Sequence record: SRR31156797_21941
Direction: 5' to 3' (one strand)
DNA: 32,697 nucleotides
A model generated the notes under the pieces. The model had not been told where the DNA came from. It worked only from the letters and a program-made list of their open reading frames with translations, and did no database searches. The number at the start of each line of letters is the position of its first letter. Within the stretch, counting starts at the first letter, position 1. Below, in pieces: positions 28,266 through 32,697 of the stretch. The position numbers and the translations under genes are program-made.

Positions 28266-28335
28266 GATTTGATGATTTGGTCATTCGTTTATTTGACTGG
28301 ATAATCAAATAAACAAATAAGCGAATAACCAATCA
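28266..28335. repeat. Inverted octamer repeat hairpin (4+4 units) directly after hypD
   Basis: GATTTGAT GATTTGGT CATTCGTT TATTTGAC / ATCAAATA AACAAATA AGCGAATA ACCAATCA. Confidence 0.7.
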
Positions 28336-28346
28336 AAAATAAAACT

Positions 28347-28424
28347 ATGAAAACTATAATAAATGAAAAAAAAATTAACCAAATCAAACTACATACATTA
28401 AGCCCTATTCCGCTATTACTATAA
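28347..28424 (+). CDS. Possible leader peptide MKTIINEKKINQIKLHTLSPIPLLL (25 aa)
   Basis: ATG preceded by A-rich AAAAATAAAACT; TAA stop followed 7 nt later by a strong hairpin. Confidence 0.3.
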   Translation: MKTIINEKKINQIKLHTLSPIPLLL

Positions 28425-28431
28425 ACAATTC

Positions 28432-28464
28432 GCTATGTAGTACTGGAAATCAGTACTGCATAGC
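28432..28464 (+). other. Strong stem-loop in the pepP leader, without a U-tract
   Basis: GCTATGTAGTACTG-GAAAT-CAGTACTGCATAGC, 14 bp with one G-U pair. Confidence 0.75.
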
Positions 28465-28503
28465 ACTACCCAAATCCTATTAATAAAATTTAAAATCACC
28501 GCT

Positions 28504-29898
28504 ATGTTTAGTAAAGAAACCTATATCAACCGTAGAAATCAACTTAAATCGCAATTCAAATCAGGTATTCTCCTTTTCATGGGAAACGAAGAGAGCTCAA
28601 TGAATTATGAGGATAATACTTACCGCTTCAGACAAGACAGTTCGTTTTTGTATTATTTTGGGTTGGATCAGCCCGGATTAAATGGGGTTATTGATTTGGA
28701 TGAAGACAAAGATTACATTTTCGGTGATGATTTAACCATTGACCACATTGTGTGGATGGGTTCACATCCAACTATCAAAGAAAGCAGCCAAAAAGTTGGC
28801 ATAACCAACACCGGTAGACTTTCCGAAATGGAAAACCTTTTGAAAGTAGGTAAATATAAGAACAGAAAAATTCACTTTTTACCTGCTTATCGTCCGGAGC
28901 ATAAAATCAAACTTTATAATTGGCTTGAAATATCTGTAAATGAAACAAATAACCATGCTTCAACTGAGTTAATTGTAGCTGTTGGTGAACAGCGCAATAT
29001 CAAATCAGCAGAGGAAATTGAGCAATTGGAGCAAGTAGTAAGCGTAACCGCTGATATGCACTTTGCGGCCATGCGATATGCACGTCCCGGAATGACCGAA
29101 GCACAAGTAGCTGCAAAAGTGCACGAAGTAGCACAAGCAGCAGGAGGCGACATCTCCTTTCCTATTATTGCTACCATTAATGGACAAACACTACATAACC
29201 ATTACCATGGCAATACAATCAAAGAAGGTGATTTGTTTCTATTGGATGCAGGTGCTGAGAACCAGCTCCACTATGCCGGAGATATGTCCAGCACTTTCCC
29301 TGTTTCACCAACATTTACTGACCATCAGAAAGATATATACCAGATTGCCTTAAATGCGCATAATGCAGCAATAGACATGCTTAAACCGGGCATCAATTTT
29401 AAGGAAGTCCATTTTACCTGTGCCCGCACCATATTTAACGGATTGAAAGAGATGGGATTTGTAAAGGGTGATACAGAAGAAGCCATTCATGCAGGAGCTC
29501 ATGCCCTATTCTTCCCATGCGGCACAGGCCATTTAATGGGATTGGATGTGCACGATATGGAAAATCTGGGCGAACAATATGTTGGATATGGTGGCGAACC
29601 CAAAAGTACGTTATTCGGTATTAAATCGCTTCGTTTAGGTCGTGAATTAAAACCAGGATATGTGTTGACAATCGAGCCGGGTATCTATTTTATTCCTGAA
29701 TTAATTGATATGTGGCAAGCAGAAAAAAAATTCGCGCAATTCATTAATTACGAGAAAGTAAATGAATACCGAAATTTTGGAGGAACCAGAAACGAAGAAG
29801 ATATTTTAATCACAGAAAACGGACATAAAATATTAGGAAAACCATTGGCCAAAAGCATTGAAGATGTTGAAGCTGAAAGGGCGAAGGCGTTTGGGTAA
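28504..29898 (+). CDS. pepP: Xaa-Pro aminopeptidase/prolidase, M24B family
   Basis: YRFRQDSSFLYYFG, LHNH, LLDAG, YAGDMS, GHLMGLDVHD, TIEPGIYF, RNEED metal-binding motifs. Confidence 0.92.
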   Translation: MFSKETYINRRNQLKSQFKSGILLFMGNEESSMNYEDNTYRFRQDSSFLYYFGLDQPGLNGVIDLDEDKDYIFGDDLTIDHIVWMGSHPTIKESSQKVGITNTGRLSEMENLLKVGKYKNRKIHFLPAYRPEHKIKLYNWLEISVNETNNHASTELIVAVGEQRNIKSAEEIEQLEQVVSVTADMHFAAMRYARPGMTEAQVAAKVHEVAQAAGGDISFPIIATINGQTLHNHYHGNTIKEGDLFLLDAGAENQLHYAGDMSSTFPVSPTFTDHQKDIYQIALNAHNAAIDMLKPGINFKEVHFTCARTIFNGLKEMGFVKGDTEEAIHAGAHALFFPCGTGHLMGLDVHDMENLGEQYVGYGGEPKSTLFGIKSLRLGRELKPGYVLTIEPGIYFIPELIDMWQAEKKFAQFINYEKVNEYRNFGGTRNEEDILITENGHKILGKPLAKSIEDVEAERAKAFG

Positions 29899-29925
29899 AA
29901 ATAACAAAGCAAAAAAAATCGAAGA

Positions 29926-30037
29926 CGTCATTACAAGGAGGAACGACGAAGTAATCTGGTTCGTTTTTGCAATTACCAGATTGCTTCGTCGCCACCTCCT
30001 TCACTTCGCTACGGCGGTCTGGCTCCTCGCAATGACG
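29926..30037. repeat. CGTC-type REP-like palindromic element, copy 2
   Basis: CGTCATTACAAGGAG-GAACGACGAAGTAATCTGG...CCAGATTGCTTCGTCG...CTCCTCGCAATGACG, nested inverted repeats. Confidence 0.8.
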
Positions 30038-30089
30038 ATGGCATTGGAATTTTAAAAATATTATCTATCTTGAAATAAAAAATCTAATT

Positions 30090-31724
30090 ATGAAATTCAT
30101 CACAATTCTTTTCACCACACTCTTTTTATTCCTTACAATACAGAGTAATTCATGTACCATAGTTGCTGTAGGCAAAAAAGCCTCAAAGGATGGTTCCATC
30201 ATCATTTCGCATTCAGATGCAGGACAAGATTCCCGTATTTTTGTTGTCCCCAGAATGACATATAAAGCCGGTTCTAAAGCTCCGGTTTATTGGGGAATTC
30301 AGGATGCTACACTTCCATTAGATAATGATGGGAAAATACTAGGATACATTCCTCAAGTAGAACAAACTTACAAATATTTCCATTCAGCCTATTCACAGGT
30401 TAATGAGTTTCAGCTTGGGATAGCAGAAAGCACAACTACTCAACGTCATGAGCTTGTATGCACCATGGAAAATGGTGAACAAATTATGACCATTGAGCAA
30501 GCACAAATATTCGCATTACAACGTCATAAAAAAGCACGTGAAGCTGTTCAGTTTATTGGTAACTTAATGACTGAGTACGGATTTTTACCTTCAAGTGGTG
30601 ACGGATCTGAAACGTTGGTAATTGCCGATAAAGATGAATTGTGGATTTTAGAAATTTTTGGTGTTGGTGCAGGTTGGAAAAAAGATAGTGGAAAACCTGG
30701 TGCTATTTGGGCAGCCCAGCGAATTGGCGAAGACCAGGCCATTATGGTTCCTAACTGGTCCATCATCAAGGAAATAAATGTAAAGGACAAAGATAATTTC
30801 TTGGTTTCTAAAAACTACAAACAAGAAGCCATTAACCGTGGCTGGTACGACCCAAAATCAGGCAAACCTTTTATCTGGCAAGAAGCTTATACGCCATTGC
30901 CAGTAGAATATGCCACAGGTCGTTTTTGGTTATTCCATCAAACATTTGCTCCAAACTTAAAGGAATGGCCTGACAGATTTGTGAAAGACAATTACTTTAA
31001 AGGAATGCAGCCTTATTTCCAGATTGTGGAGCCTGTTTCTTATTATCCTTTCTCGATTAAGCCTGAGAAAAAGATTTCACATCAAGATGTAATTGCATTC
31101 CAACGCTCTGTCTTTGAAGGAACTATTTATGACATGACCATTTACCCTCAATGGATGGTACCGGATGGAAAAGGAGGAATCAAACAAAGCCCAATGGCTA
31201 CGCCATTCCCTGACAGTGAGATGCGCAGCGTAATGGAAATTACTTATCGTCGCCCAATTGCACGTCACCGTGGATATTACGGAATGGTATTGCAAATCAG
31301 AGATTGGTTACCAGATGAAATTGGTGGCGTTTATTGGGTATACCTGGACAATCCATACATTGCACCTTATGTACCAATCTATACAGGAAACCTCTCAGTT
31401 GACGAATCATACAAAACCTATAACCCGAATGCATATGATGAGAAATCAGCTAACTGGGCTTTCGACTTTGTAGAAAATCTATGTCGATTACGTTTTCAAC
31501 CCATGTCAAAAGCTGTAATTAAGGCGCGTGCGCCCTTTGAAAACAAAATCTTTGACAAACAATCTGAAATTGAAAAAGAAGCAGAAAAACTTTACAAGGA
31601 AAGCCCTGAGAAAGCTCAACAGTTCCTTACAGACTATTCTAATGGCTTGATGAAAGAGGCTACGGAGTTATATGTGAAGTTAAGAAATCAATTAATTACA
31701 GACTTTACGAATAATCATGAATAA
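30090..31724 (+). CDS. Exported peptidase C69 family dipeptidase (Ntn hydrolase)
   Basis: Signal peptide, then CTIVAVGKKASKDGS (N-terminal Cys nucleophile); VNEFQLGIAEST; ETLVIADKDELWILE; WAAQRI. Confidence 0.88.
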   Translation: MKFITILFTTLFLFLTIQSNSCTIVAVGKKASKDGSIIISHSDAGQDSRIFVVPRMTYKAGSKAPVYWGIQDATLPLDNDGKILGYIPQVEQTYKYFHSAYSQVNEFQLGIAESTTTQRHELVCTMENGEQIMTIEQAQIFALQRHKKAREAVQFIGNLMTEYGFLPSSGDGSETLVIADKDELWILEIFGVGAGWKKDSGKPGAIWAAQRIGEDQAIMVPNWSIIKEINVKDKDNFLVSKNYKQEAINRGWYDPKSGKPFIWQEAYTPLPVEYATGRFWLFHQTFAPNLKEWPDRFVKDNYFKGMQPYFQIVEPVSYYPFSIKPEKKISHQDVIAFQRSVFEGTIYDMTIYPQWMVPDGKGGIKQSPMATPFPDSEMRSVMEITYRRPIARHRGYYGMVLQIRDWLPDEIGGVYWVYLDNPYIAPYVPIYTGNLSVDESYKTYNPNAYDEKSANWAFDFVENLCRLRFQPMSKAVIKARAPFENKIFDKQSEIEKEAEKLYKESPEKAQQFLTDYSNGLMKEATELYVKLRNQLITDFTNNHE

Positions 31725-31798
31725 CTAAGTTTCACTATAAAGACGCCCAACATTCACAGACGTCATTGCTGTAGATGACGCTTCCAAATATCTCTAGA

Positions 31799-31843
31799 TA
31801 AAAAAAGCACCGCTCCCGATAATAATCGGTATTGCGATGCTTT
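31799..31843 (-). terminator. Intrinsic terminator for gcvT, possibly bidirectional
   Basis: Interrupted stem AAAGCA.CGC..CCGAT-AATA-ATCGG....GCG.TGCTTT; the A-run gives a U-tract on the minus strand. Confidence 0.6.
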
Positions 31844-31863
31844 GATTCTATTTTGGTATAAAA

Positions 31864-32697
31864 TTAACCTTTATAGAAAGGTAATTTCGTGATGTGAGCC
31901 TTTACAGTTTTCTTACGAATACGAATATAAATTTCAGTATCTGCTTTCCAATATCCTTCTTTCAAATATCCCATACCGATAGAAATATCTAATGATGGAG
32001 ACATTGTACCTGAAGTAACCTCTCCAATCTCATTTCCTTCGGCATCTTCAATTTTGTATCCTTTACGTGCAATACCTTTCTCATCAATGATAAATGGTTT
32101 CAATCTGCGAGAAGGTTTTTCTTCTTTTTGTTTTTCAAGTAATGCTCTATCAATAAAATCATTACCATCAACAAATTTAGTGATCCAACCTAATCCGGCT
32201 TCAATTGGTGATGTAGTATCATCAATGTCATTTCCATAAAGGCAGAATCCCATTTCAAGACGAAGTGTATCTCTGGCAGCCAGGCCGATTGGTTTCACAC
32301 CAAACTCTTTTCCAGCTTCCATCACAGCGTTCCAAAGTTTATCGCCATCTTCGTTAGCTACATAAATTTCGCAACCACCAGCTCCGGTGTATCCGGTTGT
32401 TGAGAAAATAGCATTTTCAATACCAGCAACATTTAACTTTTTTACTGTGTAATATTCCATATCTTCAACCGGCTGGTCAACTATTTTTTGCATTGCTTTA
32501 AGAGCAAGAGGGCCTTGTATAGCCAACAAGCAAATCTCATCAGAAGCATTGTATACTTCTTTACCAACTTCAAGACCCATTTCTTCAGCATTTTTTGCTA
32601 CCCAGGCCCAGTCTTTATCAATGTTTGCACCATTAACGACCAACATGTACGTTTCTTCATCGAAACGGTAAACCAACAAATCATCAACAATACCACC
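31864..32697 (-). CDS. gcvT: Glycine cleavage system aminomethyltransferase T, 5'-truncated by the window edge
   Basis: Open to the edge: GGIVDDLLVYR, LVVNGANIDKD, LAIQGP, TGYTGAGGCEIY, GLAARDTLRLEMG, GEVTSGTMSPSL. Confidence 0.96.
   Translation of the reverse strand, partial: GGIVDDLLVYRFDEETYMLVVNGANIDKDWAWVAKNAEEMGLEVGKEVYNASDEICLLAIQGPLALKAMQKIVDQPVEDMEYYTVKKLNVAGIENAIFSTTGYTGAGGCEIYVANEDGDKLWNAVMEAGKEFGVKPIGLAARDTLRLEMGFCLYGNDIDDTTSPIEAGLGWITKFVDGNDFIDRALLEKQKEEKPSRRLKPFIIDEKGIARKGYKIEDAEGNEIGEVTSGTMSPSLDISIGMGYLKEGYWKADTEIYIRIRKKTVKAHITKLPFYKG

Noticed and set aside
29810-30055. Short ORFs 29810-30004 (-) and 29858-30055 (+)
   Set aside because: They run through the GC-rich palindromic repeat and overlap pepP; likely artefacts
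273-32239. Many 60-120 aa antisense or off-frame ORFs inside long genes (e.g. 273-542, 8900-9259, 10674-10976, 16462-16782, 18896-19261)
   Set aside because: Shadow ORFs overlapping well-supported genes, with no recognisable motifs
1-32697. Transposases, integrases, prophage, tRNA/rRNA or known defence genes
   Set aside because: No such motifs recognised; long ORFs account for nearly all of the sequence

Overview
AT-rich chromosomal segment from a Bacteroidetes (Bacteroidales-like, probably anaerobic or facultative) bacterium, judged by TAnnTTTG promoters, type IX secretion (T9SS) C-terminal domains and beta-propeller/Y_Y_Y sensors. From left to right it holds: the end of cysD and cysN; a beta-propeller/PAS/SpoIIE phosphatase sensor; a GH2 beta-mannosidase lipoprotein; an HI0933 flavoprotein; a BNR/VPS10 T9SS protein; a multi-PAS histidine kinase; a membrane protein; truC; fetAB; a T9SS cargo gene interrupted by one in-frame TGA; kynU; a GDSL lipoprotein; a T9SS beta-propeller protein; a collagen-peptide-type cluster (short glycyl-radical activase, hypD, pepP, C69 dipeptidase); and a convergent partial gcvT. 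The most unusual element is the hypD leader. It carries an FNR-like box, a -7 promoter, and an apparently leaderless 23-aa ORF ending in CX3CX2C, the same spacing as the radical-SAM motif of the activase just downstream. Also seen: a second short ORF plus hairpin before pepP, inverted octamer arrays, and CGTC-type palindromic repeats. All calls rest on motifs read by eye and recalled families; no searches were run.
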